Of a DNA stretch of 64,000 nt, positions 27,926 through 38,172 are shown piece by piece. The stretch's first letter is position 1. Each line of letters opens with the position of its first letter. This DNA is from Chloroflexota bacterium (lineage in GTDB: Bacteria > Chloroflexota > UBA11872 > VXOZ01): positions 96,001 through 160,000 of the forward strand of contig OZ219802.1 in the NCBI GenBank assembly GCA_964291655.2, given 5' to 3'. The notes below the pieces were generated by a model. The model was not told the origin of the DNA, made no database searches, and saw only the letters and a list, made by a program, of their open reading frames with translations. The translations under genes and the position numbers were made by a program.

Positions 27926-29311
27926 TCATTCAGCAAGATAGCTCTGGCACACATTGACCGCCTGATCAATCGCTTGCCCGACGACAATCTCGCCACGCGC
28001 CAAGGGCAGCGTGACCTCGTAAAAGAGACTATGCGAGATTGCTGAGCTACTGGCCGCGTGGGAGGCTTTAGCATTGGGTAAACTCTGCAGCGCGGTTTCT
28101 CGCATCGATTCTGGGAGTATCAAGTCGAAGTGGCCGGTATCCGGTTTTTCAAGGTATTGCCAGCCGGCCGTCACCGCGGGCAAGACCCGGCGCTCGCCAA
28201 TCCAGTGAGCGAGAGGAATGAGCGCTTCGTACGCGCTTTCCGCGTCCGCAGCGGCCGGCACCGCCAGCACTTCCTCCAGCGACAGCGGCGTCGCTTTCTT
28301 TGGTCCCTGCGGCATTGGAGAGAAGCTTGGCCAGTAGCCCCATGGTGTCTTCACGAAACGCGAAAAGCGCATGGCGCTTGGGACAACGTCCTCGTAACCC
28401 CGCAAGTCAGAGTCTGCGATGTCGGGCCCATAGGGAAGGATGCCATGCACTCTCCCCAGTTCATCCCAGGCCGTGAGCGCGCGCTCGGCGGCCGGTCCTT
28501 CCAGATGTATGACGCCTGTATCCAAGTCTACGATTTCACCGCCCTCCTGCAGCAGGAAGGGCAGCCAGTCCGGGAAGTCCCAGTTCGCCGTAAGGCCCCA
28601 CTGTTCGGGCTTGCCGTCTTCATTGGCGTCCAGAGTCAGGTGCTGGCCTGCCTCGATGAAGTCCGACCAGGTCCATTCGGCATCCGGCGGGGCCACATTG
28701 GCACGCTGAAAGCGGTCTGCGGCGTAGCCGAGCACGCCTGGCGCCACCGCGATAGGCAAGCCGAGGGTCTGGCCTCTATACCGCACGAGGCGCATGGCCT
28801 CATCCGAAAACGCGTCCAGCGGACTCTGCGTATCCCCCTGCAACCAGCGATCAAGTGGAAGGAAAAACCTGGATCTAAGGATCTCCGTGATTTGTGCATA
28901 GGAGGGAAGCCAAACCACATCCCCTGCGGAAACCCCGCCTGCCGCCGTCGTGTTCAGGTAATCAAGCACTGACTCGGCACCCAGAAAACGGTTGTTATCG
29001 TCGGTCTTCCTCGGCATGGCGACGAACTCGAGCGTTGCGCCCTCGGGCGTGCCCGGCATCTCGCCACTATTCCACCCTGTGACCACTTCCCGGCCGAGAA
29101 TGCTTGGCTTGGGCGGGTTTCGAATAAACTGATGTTCCAGGTACGCCAACGTATACTGCCGCGGCTCCTTGGCGGACTTTTCAATGTCTGCCGCGCGGGG
29201 ACTCGGTTCCATCCGTGACGATTGCTCATCATCCTCATCACCACCACAACTTGCCAGCAGCGCTACTGCACCGCTGAACACTGCAATTCCCAACCAATCG
29301 CGTCGCGTCAC
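27926..29311 (-). CDS. Extracellular solute-binding lipoprotein (Tat), paralog 1
   Basis: AAGGAG RBS before GTG, TRRDWL, LLASC lipobox, WTWSDFIEA and DANEDGKPEQWG. Confidence 0.8.
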   Translation of the reverse strand: MTRRDWLGIAVFSGAVALLASCGGDEDDEQSSRMEPSPRAADIEKSAKEPRQYTLAYLEHQFIRNPPKPSILGREVVTGWNSGEMPGTPEGATLEFVAMPRKTDDNNRFLGAESVLDYLNTTAAGGVSAGDVVWLPSYAQITEILRSRFFLPLDRWLQGDTQSPLDAFSDEAMRLVRYRGQTLGLPIAVAPGVLGYAADRFQRANVAPPDAEWTWSDFIEAGQHLTLDANEDGKPEQWGLTANWDFPDWLPFLLQEGGEIVDLDTGVIHLEGPAAERALTAWDELGRVHGILPYGPDIADSDLRGYEDVVPSAMRFSRFVKTPWGYWPSFSPMPQGPKKATPLSLEEVLAVPAAADAESAYEALIPLAHWIGERRVLPAVTAGWQYLEKPDTGHFDLILPESMRETALQSLPNAKASHAASSSAISHSLFYEVTLPLARGEIVVGQAIDQAVNVCQSYLAE

Positions 29312-29578
29312 GGTCCTTGCTCCTTCCATGCTTGCAAATGGAGGCTTCTTGTAATCCGAGACCCCATTAGCGTCCCCCTCAGTCGCTCGCGCAAGCGCGC
29401 TGCAGTGGCGAAAAGTGTCTCGACCGTCTGCCTGCGTAACCACAGTGAGATTATTTGTCAAGTATATCACTTCCAGTATAATCTGTCATTATGTACAGTG
29501 CAACTCAAGCTCATGCATGCTCTCCCGAGTATCTTTTAAAGTACAATTGACGGGAACTGCACTGCCATTTAGAGTTGT

Positions 29579-29624
29579 TTGACCAAGCCGTATACCTGTG
29601 GGATACTTGAGAAAGTGTCAAGTA
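29579..29624 (+). promoter_or_regulatory. pspA promoter with overlapping palindromic operator
   Basis: TTGACC-N17-GATACT with extended TG. Inverted repeat TACTTGA-N7-TCAAGTA at 29604-29624. Confidence 0.5.
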
Positions 29625-29668
29625 CGGTTGAAGGAGACCCCAGCGGTCACCAAACCGGAGGAGTGTGA

Positions 29669-30400
29669 ATGGGAGCCTTTTCGCGGATGGGCGCTGTGCT
29701 CAGCGCCAAAATCAATGCGCTGTTAGACCGAAGCGAGGACCCGGCTGAGACGCTTGACTACGCTTACGAACGACAGCTTGAACAACTGCACAAGGTCAAG
29801 CGCGGCATTGTTGAAGTTGTAACATCCAAGCGGCGCCTCGAAATGCAGGCCGCAAAGTTGGAAGGCAACGAAGCAAAACTTTCAGACCAGGCTCAGCGTG
29901 CCATCCAGGCAGGCCGCGAAGACCTTGCCCGCATCGCGCTGCAACGCAAGCAACTCATAGTGACCCAGGCAGATGGGCTCCGACAGCAGATCCAAGCTCT
30001 GGAGCAGGATCAGGAGCGGCTGGCGCTCACCGAGCAGAAGCTTGTAGCGAAAGTAGAGAACTTCCGCACACGTAAGGAAGTTATCAAGGCCCAATACAGC
30101 GCGGCTGAGGCACAGACACGAATTAGTGAATCGGTATCGGGACTTTCTGAGGAAATGGCGGACGTCTCGTTGCTCGTCGAGCGAGCTGAAGAGCGCACGG
30201 AGTCCTTGCAGGCCCGGGCATTGGCGGTTGATGAACTAGTGGATACCGGGGTGCTGGAGGATTCCACAGGATCACGCTCTGACTTTGTGGATAGAGAGTT
30301 GAATAAGCTCAGTACCGAAAGCGGCGTGGATGAAGAGTTGGAAATGCTCAAGCGACAGCTAGAGGACAAAGACAAGAAGCAGTTGGAGGACCACGCATGA
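29669..30400 (+). CDS. pspA: PspA/IM30 family protein
   Basis: N-terminal amphipathic helix, EDPAETLD, GREDLARIAL and RALAVDEL motifs, coiled coil. Confidence 0.93.
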   Translation: MGAFSRMGAVLSAKINALLDRSEDPAETLDYAYERQLEQLHKVKRGIVEVVTSKRRLEMQAAKLEGNEAKLSDQAQRAIQAGREDLARIALQRKQLIVTQADGLRQQIQALEQDQERLALTEQKLVAKVENFRTRKEVIKAQYSAAEAQTRISESVSGLSEEMADVSLLVERAEERTESLQARALAVDELVDTGVLEDSTGSRSDFVDRELNKLSTESGVDEELEMLKRQLEDKDKKQLEDHA

Positions 30401-30684
30401 TAGTTCGCATCGCCACTGTGGGTCAATACCGCCTTGACGACGCTATCATATCCGATTTGCAGCGCTTTGATGACGCCATCGAGCAGGCTGTAACAGGTAC
30501 CGATGACGGGTCTTTTCGTGAGTTGCTCCAGCAGATGCACGACTTGATTACCCAAAAGGGCACGCCGCTGCCGGATGACGAGATAGTGCCCTCAGACGTA
30601 ATTCTACCGCCTCCGGATGAAACAATGGAAGAAGCTCAGAAGCTCCTTGGCGCTGAAGGGTTTGTTCCAGGCCGCTCGGAGTAA
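30397..30684 (+). CDS. PspA-associated protein PspAA
   Basis: MIVRIATVGQYRL...SDVILPPPD...EGFVPG signature. ATGA overlap with pspA. Confidence 0.85.
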   Translation: MIVRIATVGQYRLDDAIISDLQRFDDAIEQAVTGTDDGSFRELLQQMHDLITQKGTPLPDDEIVPSDVILPPPDETMEEAQKLLGAEGFVPGRSE

Positions 30685-30724
30685 ACCCGGTGGAGTAGAT
30701 TGGCCTCAATAGTCAAAGCAAGGG

Positions 30725-30758
30725 AAAAGCGCCTGTCGCATGAGCGACAGGCGCTTTT
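30725..30758. terminator. Bidirectional intrinsic terminator
   Basis: aaaa-gcgcctgtcgc-atga-gcgacaggcgc-tttt. Confidence 0.88.
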
Positions 30759-31019
30759 ATGTAAAGTATAGTCACTTGCATTGCACGAGTGTGGCGGTGG
30801 GCGCGCTTCGATAGGGGCTATACGTCCCCGTTGGATAACTGCAGAGGTGCAACCATCCGGACTCTCCCGAGCTCAGTACAACCGTACATTCGCTTACTGA
30901 CGGCCTGCCGCCATTTCTCTATGTGGTGAACTGGGTGAACCGGGAAAAAGTCAGGCTGGAAAACTCTCACCTTTTTTGCAATTGCGCGTTCGTTTAGTAG
31001 CGGTCCTCAAGAGACAAAG

Positions 31020-32354
31020 CTATTCGTTAACGTAGTTGGTGAGCCACTCTGTTGCCTGCGTGACCGCTTGCTCGACTCCCACCTCATCCCGAGCCAGACG
31101 ATACGTAACGATATTGAACAGGGCGTTGGTCATGGCTGGGCTGCTCGCAACGTGGGAAGCCTTGGCATTGGCCAGGGCCTGCAAAACAGTGTCTTGCGTC
31201 GAATCGGAAAACACCAGGTCAAAGTGGTCACGATCGGGACGCTTGATGAATTGCCAGCCTGCCGTAACAGACGGCAAAACGCGGCGTTCGCCAAGCCAAC
31301 TCGCTAATGGCACGAGTACCTCGTAGGCGCGCTCTCCCTGGGCTGCATCCGGAATAGCCAGCGCTTCCATGAGAACGAGGGGGGTCGTATTACTGGCACC
31401 AGCGGGCATTGGAGTAACGAGCCGCCAATGCTCGGGCAAGTATTGAAAGAAAATTGAGAAAAACATCCCTCTTTGAAAGAGGTCGTGGTAGCCCTGAAGC
31501 GCTCTTGTGGTGACCTCAGGTCCATAGGGTAGTATGCCGTGCACTCTTCCCAGCTCATCCCAAGCGCTAAGCGCGCGTAGGCTCGCCGGTTCATCCATCC
31601 CAATCTTCCCCGTGTCTAGGTCGGCAACCGTGCCGCCTTCTTGCAGCAGGAGCGGCAGCCAATCCGGAAAGTACGCCGCAGCGACAAAGCCCCAGCGGTC
31701 GGGAGAACCATCGCCGTCTAAGTCCTCCGTTAAGCGTTTGGCCGCCTCTATGAAGTCTTCCCACGTCCACTCGTGCGTGGGTGCTGCCACAGCGGCGCGC
31801 TCAAATCGGAGTGAATTGTGGGCCAGCACACCCGGCGCGACTGCAATCGGCAACGCCAAGGTCTGCGCCCGAAATCGCACCAGACGGCGGGTTTCTTCGG
31901 CAAAGACCTCGAGGGGCCTCTGGTCGTCCGCTTGCAGCCAGCGGTCGAGCGGCGCGAGCAGCCCGGTCTTGTATATGTCCGGGACATCCTCCTGATGCTG
32001 CAGCCAAATGAAGTCTGCAGAGACTCCTCCTGCCGACTGCGTGGCAAGAAAATCTCTAGCCCCTCCCTCCGTTGGAATCAGCAATAGTTGCAGCGACGTC
32101 CCCGGGGGTGCGCCGGGTACATTACCCCTTGTCCACTCCTGTATGGCTTTCTGTCCGGGCGTAACCATGAGGGGATGGTCCAGGACAGCCAGCGCGAACT
32201 GCTGTACCTCCTTAGCCGCATCAACGCCGACTCCAACCCGGGAGCCAGGCTCATCTTGTGGCGGCCGATCTTCCTCGTCACCACCACCACAACTCAGTAG
32301 CAATGAGACGCTTGCTCCAATCAGCGCGCCACCGAGAAGTTTGCGTCGGGTCAT
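31020..32354 (-). CDS. Extracellular solute-binding lipoprotein (Tat), paralog 2
   Basis: GAGGAG RBS, MTRRKLL, LLLSC lipobox. Shares long blocks with paralog 1 (AWDELGRVHGILPYGP, GERRVLP.VTAGWQ). Confidence 0.82.
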   Translation of the reverse strand: MTRRKLLGGALIGASVSLLLSCGGGDEEDRPPQDEPGSRVGVGVDAAKEVQQFALAVLDHPLMVTPGQKAIQEWTRGNVPGAPPGTSLQLLLIPTEGGARDFLATQSAGGVSADFIWLQHQEDVPDIYKTGLLAPLDRWLQADDQRPLEVFAEETRRLVRFRAQTLALPIAVAPGVLAHNSLRFERAAVAAPTHEWTWEDFIEAAKRLTEDLDGDGSPDRWGFVAAAYFPDWLPLLLQEGGTVADLDTGKIGMDEPASLRALSAWDELGRVHGILPYGPEVTTRALQGYHDLFQRGMFFSIFFQYLPEHWRLVTPMPAGASNTTPLVLMEALAIPDAAQGERAYEVLVPLASWLGERRVLPSVTAGWQFIKRPDRDHFDLVFSDSTQDTVLQALANAKASHVASSPAMTNALFNIVTYRLARDEVGVEQAVTQATEWLTNYVNE

Positions 32355-32420
32355 GTTGCAATTTCTCCTCTCGGTCTGGGGGGCTTGGGTCAATTATGGC
32401 AGTACGCAAGATTGAATCAG

Positions 32421-33284
32421 CTACCGGCTAGTCTGGGCATTCTCAGTGTAGCGGGTGGGCAGTGCTGATGCCTCCACCTCTTCGACACCGATCACTCGTA
32501 GGCCAATGTCCCGCACACGTCGCAGATGGTCCGGTGTGCGGAAGTCGCCCTGAACGTGCGCCACACCCGACTCGGCATCGATGCGCACGGCATCCAAGCG
32601 GCATTCAAAGAGGTAGGAATCATCCTTCAACAAGCGAAAAAGCGCGGCCTCGCGCATGAGCCACCGCATAGGTTCTGCGGCATTTGAGCGCAACATGGGT
32701 AAGACAAGGGCTTCCCACGCCGATTCGTACATCAAACCTGAGAGTAGCCAGGCGGGTGGGAAAACAAGAAAGAATATCGGCGCAAAGCTTAGCCTATAGC
32801 CCGCAGCGACACCCACTGCGTGCAAGGTGGCTGCAGCCAGAATGGGTACTACCGCAAGAGCAATGACCGATTGCGGGCCCGGATGCGACGAAAAATAGGA
32901 GCCGACCAGCAGACTCCAGGTGATCCCTCGACGCACGCTCCAACGGCGTACCGCACCCATAATGGCGCCCAAAACTCCGCTGGCGAGGACAACAAGCAAG
33001 AGCGTGAATACGGCCAACGGCGTGACGCCGCTTGCAGAACTAGTGACGGCTGTTAAGCCTATCGTGCCACGATTAAAGAGAAGAGTAGCGACTACACCAA
33101 CAGCACCAAGGAGCACCAGGGGAATGCACGGTAACAGCGCGCCGGCAGCAAAGCCTGCCGCCATTACGGTGCGCACGCTGACGACCGTGAGAACAGTGTC
33201 TGCGTCAAGCGCATCGGGCAGGTCGCCCGGCAACTGCGGCATCGTCGAACTCTGTGAAGGGCCCAGAGGATTCATGCCAATCAC
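32421..33284 (-). CDS. Membrane protein with C-terminal BON-like domain, paralog B
   Basis: Several TM helices. C-terminal ...AESGVAHVQGDF...LRVIGVEEV pattern. Confidence 0.6.
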   Translation of the reverse strand: MIGMNPLGPSQSSTMPQLPGDLPDALDADTVLTVVSVRTVMAAGFAAGALLPCIPLVLLGAVGVVATLLFNRGTIGLTAVTSSASGVTPLAVFTLLLVVLASGVLGAIMGAVRRWSVRRGITWSLLVGSYFSSHPGPQSVIALAVVPILAAATLHAVGVAAGYRLSFAPIFFLVFPPAWLLSGLMYESAWEALVLPMLRSNAAEPMRWLMREAALFRLLKDDSYLFECRLDAVRIDAESGVAHVQGDFRTPDHLRRVRDIGLRVIGVEEVEASALPTRYTENAQTSR

Positions 33285-33396
33285 GGACTATCGTCCCTTT
33301 TGGTTGAGGCCGACGTAGTGGGGCGCGTGGAAAGAGGTGAACACCAGCGCCAGCGAGAAGTCTTGCGCCGCCTGAATCCCACGCTGGTGCGCCAAC

Positions 33397-34305
33397 TCAC
33401 AATGACTCTCCGTTCTCCGCTTTCTGCTCTCCGCAGAGCCCATGCAGAGGGAAGTCATTGCCGAATTCCTGGTTGTCCGGCATTGAGGTAGGTCTATCGA
33501 CTTGCTTTTCAAGGATGGTCAGACCTTCTGCCTCAACTGCGCGTACACCGCTTACGCGCATGCCGACTTCTCGTGCCCGGCGGAAGTGATCGGGCGTGCG
33601 AAATTCGCCGCGAATGTGTGCCACACCGGTCTCAGCATCAATCCGGACCGCATGGAGGCGGCAACCGAACAATTCGGAATCATCTTTCAACAGGCGTACG
33701 AGCGCTGCTTCTCGTCTGAGCCAGGTCAATGGCTCGCCCACGGCGACGCGCAGGATAAGGAAGACAATTGGTTCCCACAACGCCTCGTATACAAAGCCGC
33801 TAAGTGACCAGAGAGGAAACATGAAAACAAGCACGGGCGCAATGCTTACGAGAAAGCCAACTTCGAGGCTGATGTTGTGCAGAGCGGCAGCTATAAGCAG
33901 GGGCACCACAAAGGCTGCTATGGCCGTTTGCGGTCCCGGATGGGACGAAAAGTGGTGCCCCACGAGCAACGACCAGGAAATATACCGCCGGACGCACCAG
34001 CGCCGTACCGCTCCCATGACGGCCCCCAGGACAATGCTCCCGAGGAGCACCAGCACGTAGTTCTCCGCCGCAATCTGGAGGTTTGCCGGTGAAATTGCAT
34101 GTGACATGGTCGTGTATACCGTGCCACGATTGAAGAGTAACGTGCCAAATAGGCCGACCAGAACGAGAAGTGCAAGGGGAATGAACGGAACAATTGCACC
34201 GGCCGCCAGGCCGGTCACAGCCGCCGTGCGTAGGGTGACGACGGTGAAAACTGCGTCCGCGTAACTGGCATCCGGTAATTCATCTGTCGGCGGTGGCATC
34301 CCCAT
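33397..34305 (-). CDS. Membrane protein with C-terminal BON-like domain, paralog A
   Basis: Clear paralog of 32421-33284 (TLLFNRGT, MGAVRRW, FSSHPGPQ, RLLKDDS, FRTPDH). GGAG RBS before ATG 34305. Confidence 0.6.
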   Translation of the reverse strand: MGMPPPTDELPDASYADAVFTVVTLRTAAVTGLAAGAIVPFIPLALLVLVGLFGTLLFNRGTVYTTMSHAISPANLQIAAENYVLVLLGSIVLGAVMGAVRRWCVRRYISWSLLVGHHFSSHPGPQTAIAAFVVPLLIAAALHNISLEVGFLVSIAPVLVFMFPLWSLSGFVYEALWEPIVFLILRVAVGEPLTWLRREAALVRLLKDDSELFGCRLHAVRIDAETGVAHIRGEFRTPDHFRRAREVGMRVSGVRAVEAEGLTILEKQVDRPTSMPDNQEFGNDFPLHGLCGEQKAENGESL

Positions 34306-34433
34306 CGAAGCTTCTCCGGAGCGAGCCACAGAATTGCCTCTACGGCCATCGTACCCGATCAATGGGTACCAGTCAAGACTTCAAACTCTGCCGACAGCGA
34401 TTGCTAGCGAGAGGGAACCGCCACAAGCTGCAG

Positions 34434-35600
34434 CTAGTTCTCCGGCCAAGCGCCGAGTTTCGCGGTGAATTCCAAGTTCTCACCGTTGCGGTGAGTCGTA
34501 ATCGTGATTTCGTCACCAACACTCTTTGATTGGATGTAGGCGATGAGGTCGTCTACAGTTTTCATCGGAACGCCGTCGATGGCTGTAATGATATCCGCAT
34601 TGCGGGGATTCCCCACCGAGCCACGCATACCTGCCTCTTGTGCGGGTCCGCCCGGCGTTACACGTCGAACCCAAACTCCGTAAAGGATGTCGAAGTTTCT
34701 GTCGCGAGCGATCTGCGGTGTAATTGTGGCCATGCTTACGCCCAAGAATGCGCGACGGATCTCCTCACCCCGTATCAGTCGTGGCAAGAGCTGTTGCACC
34801 AAATTCGACGGAATGCTCAAGCCGATACCCTGAAAGCGCTCATTGTTCGTTTGAATGGCCGTCGTAATGCCGATCACCTCGCCATTGACATTGAGGAGCG
34901 GTCCGCCGGAATTGCCGGGGTTTATCTCAGTGTCGCTCTGTATGAGACCGCCGAGTTGGCGTCCCCTTTCGGGGTAGGTTCTTCCCACCGCGCTCACGAT
35001 TCCCGCCGTGATGCTGTGACCGAATCCATATGGCGCACCGATTGCGAAGACTGGGTCCCCCGGCTTTACCGCCCCTGAATCACCGAACCGTGCAATCTGC
35101 AGGGCTCCTGGCGGAAACTCTGCCTGAATGACGGCGAGGTCCGTCCCTGGATCACTGCCAACGACTTCTGCAAATAGGGTGCTCCCGTCAAGTAACTGCA
35201 CCCGCACTCTATCGGCCTCGCTGATGACGTGATTGTTCGTGAGAATATGACCTTCTCCATCCACGATGATGCCGGTTCCGCCACCAAACCTGCGGGATCC
35301 GTCTTCATTCTCATCCAAGATCAAAACGGTTACTACGCTCGGGGCAACCGCCTGATAGACTGCGGCAGCGTTTGCCTCTGCCTCTTCAACGTAAGTGATT
35401 TGCGGCGTCTGTGTAACCGGTGCTGGGTCAGATTGCGCATTGCGCAAGACTAGCCAAGCCGTGAGACCTCCGGCAACGATTCCCGTTAGCAAGGCGACTA
35501 CCGCACAAAGGATGACAACGCCGGCCAGTCCTCTCGGACCCTGCGTGCCAGCGTCGTTGGCTTCGTCTCTTTGATTGTCGGGGAACGAAGACATAGCCAT
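34434..35600 (-). CDS. htrA: HtrA/DegP-type serine protease with one PDZ domain
   Basis: TM anchor, TNNHV, DLAV and GNSGGPL catalytic triad motifs, PDZ domain. Confidence 0.93.
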   Translation of the reverse strand: MAMSSFPDNQRDEANDAGTQGPRGLAGVVILCAVVALLTGIVAGGLTAWLVLRNAQSDPAPVTQTPQITYVEEAEANAAAVYQAVAPSVVTVLILDENEDGSRRFGGGTGIIVDGEGHILTNNHVISEADRVRVQLLDGSTLFAEVVGSDPGTDLAVIQAEFPPGALQIARFGDSGAVKPGDPVFAIGAPYGFGHSITAGIVSAVGRTYPERGRQLGGLIQSDTEINPGNSGGPLLNVNGEVIGITTAIQTNNERFQGIGLSIPSNLVQQLLPRLIRGEEIRRAFLGVSMATITPQIARDRNFDILYGVWVRRVTPGGPAQEAGMRGSVGNPRNADIITAIDGVPMKTVDDLIAYIQSKSVGDEITITTHRNGENLEFTAKLGAWPEN

Positions 35601-35760
35601 CGCCGCGCCTCCTGGGTATTGAACGTCTTCTAACTCAATTATATCGGAGCTAGTTAAGTATTTCCTGATAGGCTAACTGTTGAAAGCGGAATGCAAACAG
35701 TTCGCTGGGGGGGTTATTCGGCGGTTCGCGGCGGGGCGAATGCGTACTGTGCGCGCCGTT

Positions 35761-37224
35761 CTAATCGTCTGCTTCCGTTTCAGCCTTCGTCGGCGCTGCT
35801 CCTTCCCCTCCCAAGACGGACATGTTGCGAGGCATTCTGACCGTCACGGTAGTTCCCTGATCCGGCGCACTCTTTATGTCAAGGCTAGCACCATGGGCCT
35901 CCACAATCCATTTTGCAATAGAGAGTCCAAGTCCAAACCCGCCTGAGTGTCGGGTACTGTCCGCTTGGAAAAAGCGGTCGAATGCGCTTGCGATGTCCGA
36001 CTCTCGCATGCCGATGCCGGAGTCTTTCACAATTAAACGCACCGCGTGCAATTCGCTCGCTGTGTCGATGGTGACCGTGCCCCCTGCCGGAGTATACTTT
36101 AGCGCATTGTCAAGCAAGATGAGCACCAATTGGCGGAGTAAGTCCGGGTCACCCATTATGCTGACATCTTCACCGGTCGCGTTCAATCGAACTGCTACCA
36201 TGGCATTGAAGTACGGCGCTTGACGACTCACGTCCGCAGCAATCTCATTTATGTCCACTCGTTCGCGTCGCACGGTCTGTCCCGCATCGGCCCGCGCCAA
36301 GGCCAGCATGTCTGAGACCAGGCGGCTCATGCGTTCCGATTCTACGGCTATGTCGTTGAGCGCGGCATGACGTTCCTCCTCCGTTAGGTCTGGTATATCC
36401 CGCAGCAGCGCCACATTGCCCCGAATCACCGTCAAAGGAGTCCGGAGTTCGTGCGAGGCGTCGGCCACGAGGCGCCGCTTGGCCGCAAGCGCCTCCGCTA
36501 CCCGAGCGTAACTGCTCTGAAGCCGGACAAGCATGGTGTTGAAGGTTTCCGCAAGTCGGCCTACTTCATCACGTGCGCCGGCTTGCGGCACCCGCTTACT
36601 GAGGTCTTGCGTCTGCCCAATCACCTGGGCAGCCAGCGCGAGGCGTTCTAATGGCAGCAGGCCAGCGTGCGCAATGAGGTATGCCAAGCCCATTGCGGCG
36701 ACAATGCTGGCGCCGCCACCAACGAGGATGATCAGGCGCAGTTCGCGCAAACTTGTTTCCACGTCGGTAAGCGAACGGGCGAGCTGGAGCATGCTGACCA
36801 GCCGCCCTTGGACGACATAGGGGTGGTGGTAAATGCGCAGGGGAGTTCCACGAATTGATGCAGTTTCGATGAAAGGCTGACCCTTGCGAGCTCGTTCCAG
36901 AATGTCGTTGCCACTTGGGAGCTGCTCATCGCTAAGGTTTGTGGACCGAGAGAGGACCTTGCCGTCGCTACCAACCACCTGTAGGAATATGCCGGAATGA
37001 GCGAATGCGTCGCTGTATTCCGGCCGCAGCACGATCTGCAAGCCTTGCTGCGTGGAGCGCGTTTGCGTAAAGAGTAGTGCCTCACGCGTCTGAGTCTCGA
37101 GGGCTTGATCGATCTCGCCATAGATCGCGCGAGAAATGAGAATGTACGTCAGAGCATAGTATACAACGAGCGTAATTGCAAGTACGCTCCCTGCCAGGAA
37201 CGTAAGGCGGAGACGCAATGACAT
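35761..37224 (-). CDS. HAMP-containing sensor histidine kinase (MprB-like)
   Basis: 2 TM, HAMP, DASHELRTPLT, LLDNALKY, DSGIG and GLGLSI motifs. Confidence 0.93.
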   Translation of the reverse strand: MSLRLRLTFLAGSVLAITLVVYYALTYILISRAIYGEIDQALETQTREALLFTQTRSTQQGLQIVLRPEYSDAFAHSGIFLQVVGSDGKVLSRSTNLSDEQLPSGNDILERARKGQPFIETASIRGTPLRIYHHPYVVQGRLVSMLQLARSLTDVETSLRELRLIILVGGGASIVAAMGLAYLIAHAGLLPLERLALAAQVIGQTQDLSKRVPQAGARDEVGRLAETFNTMLVRLQSSYARVAEALAAKRRLVADASHELRTPLTVIRGNVALLRDIPDLTEEERHAALNDIAVESERMSRLVSDMLALARADAGQTVRRERVDINEIAADVSRQAPYFNAMVAVRLNATGEDVSIMGDPDLLRQLVLILLDNALKYTPAGGTVTIDTASELHAVRLIVKDSGIGMRESDIASAFDRFFQADSTRHSGGFGLGLSIAKWIVEAHGASLDIKSAPDQGTTVTVRMPRNMSVLGGEGAAPTKAETEADD

Positions 37225-37227
37225 GAG

Positions 37228-37896
37228 CTAAGTCTCGCGTAATACGTATCCGACACCGCGCACCGTATAGATTATGCGGGAGCCTCCGTCTGCCTCGAGC
37301 TTTTGCCGCAAGTAGCCGACATATACTTCCAAGACATTAGACTCTCCCTCAAAGTCGTAGCCCCACACTTTCTCCATAATGTAGTGCCGTGGCAGCACAC
37401 GTCGTGGGTTCTGCATGAAGAGGAGGAGGAGTTCATATTCTGTAGCAGTCAGGTCGAAAGTCTTATTGCTGCGCTGCGCACGCCGTCCGGCGGTATCGAG
37501 CGTGAGGTCTGCGAAGTGAAGCACTTCGTCTTCCGCGGATGTGCTGCGGCGCAGCAGGGCGCGAATGCGGGCGAAGAGCTCTTCTAGCTCAAATGGCTTG
37601 ACTAAGTAGTCATCCGCGCCGCTATCCAAACCCACGACACGGTCGGACAACTCATCCTTGGCAGTGAGCATGAGTATGGGTACGGCGCTTTCCTGGCGAA
37701 TGCGTTTGCATACGCGCAAGCCGTCAAGCCCCGGCATGAGGATATCCAAGACTATCAGATCAGGCTGGTTCTGCGACACCAGCGAGAGTGCTTGAAAGCC
37801 ATCGTGAGCAATCTCAACCTCGTATCCTTGGTGGGAAAGTGCTCGGTAAAGAAGTGCAGTGATCTTCTGGTCGTCGTCTACGACAAGGATTTGCAT
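37228..37896 (-). CDS. OmpR/PhoB family response regulator (MprA-like)
   Basis: LVVDDD, DILMPGLDG, GADDYLVKPF and SNVLEVYVGYLRQKLE...TVRGVGYVLRE motifs. Confidence 0.95.
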   Translation of the reverse strand: MQILVVDDDQKITALLYRALSHQGYEVEIAHDGFQALSLVSQNQPDLIVLDILMPGLDGLRVCKRIRQESAVPILMLTAKDELSDRVVGLDSGADDYLVKPFELEELFARIRALLRRSTSAEDEVLHFADLTLDTAGRRAQRSNKTFDLTATEYELLLLFMQNPRRVLPRHYIMEKVWGYDFEGESNVLEVYVGYLRQKLEADGGSRIIYTVRGVGYVLRET

Positions 37897-38172
37897 GCAA
37901 CCTTATCCCAGTTCGTCAATTCTACTTGTGCCACTGGAGCTCCGGACACTGCCAAAAGCCAACCGGTTCTTGCTGTCTCTCTATCGTGCTCTCAATTCCC
38001 AATTGTACCGCAGGTAGATCGCTGCGGTCGCACGGCCTGAGCACAGCACCTATTGAATGCCCTATGTTGTGCAAAAGAATCCAGGTTTCACGCTTGGTCG
38101 ATCGCGAGAAGCCATTGAGTTCTTAATTCCTGTTCTCTAAGCAACCTGAATTGTGGGGCAACCAGACTTGGC

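Noticed and set aside
29489-29509. Second HAIR near pspA (ACTCAAG half-site)
   Set aside because: The left half-site at N7 spacing (TTATGTA) does not match.
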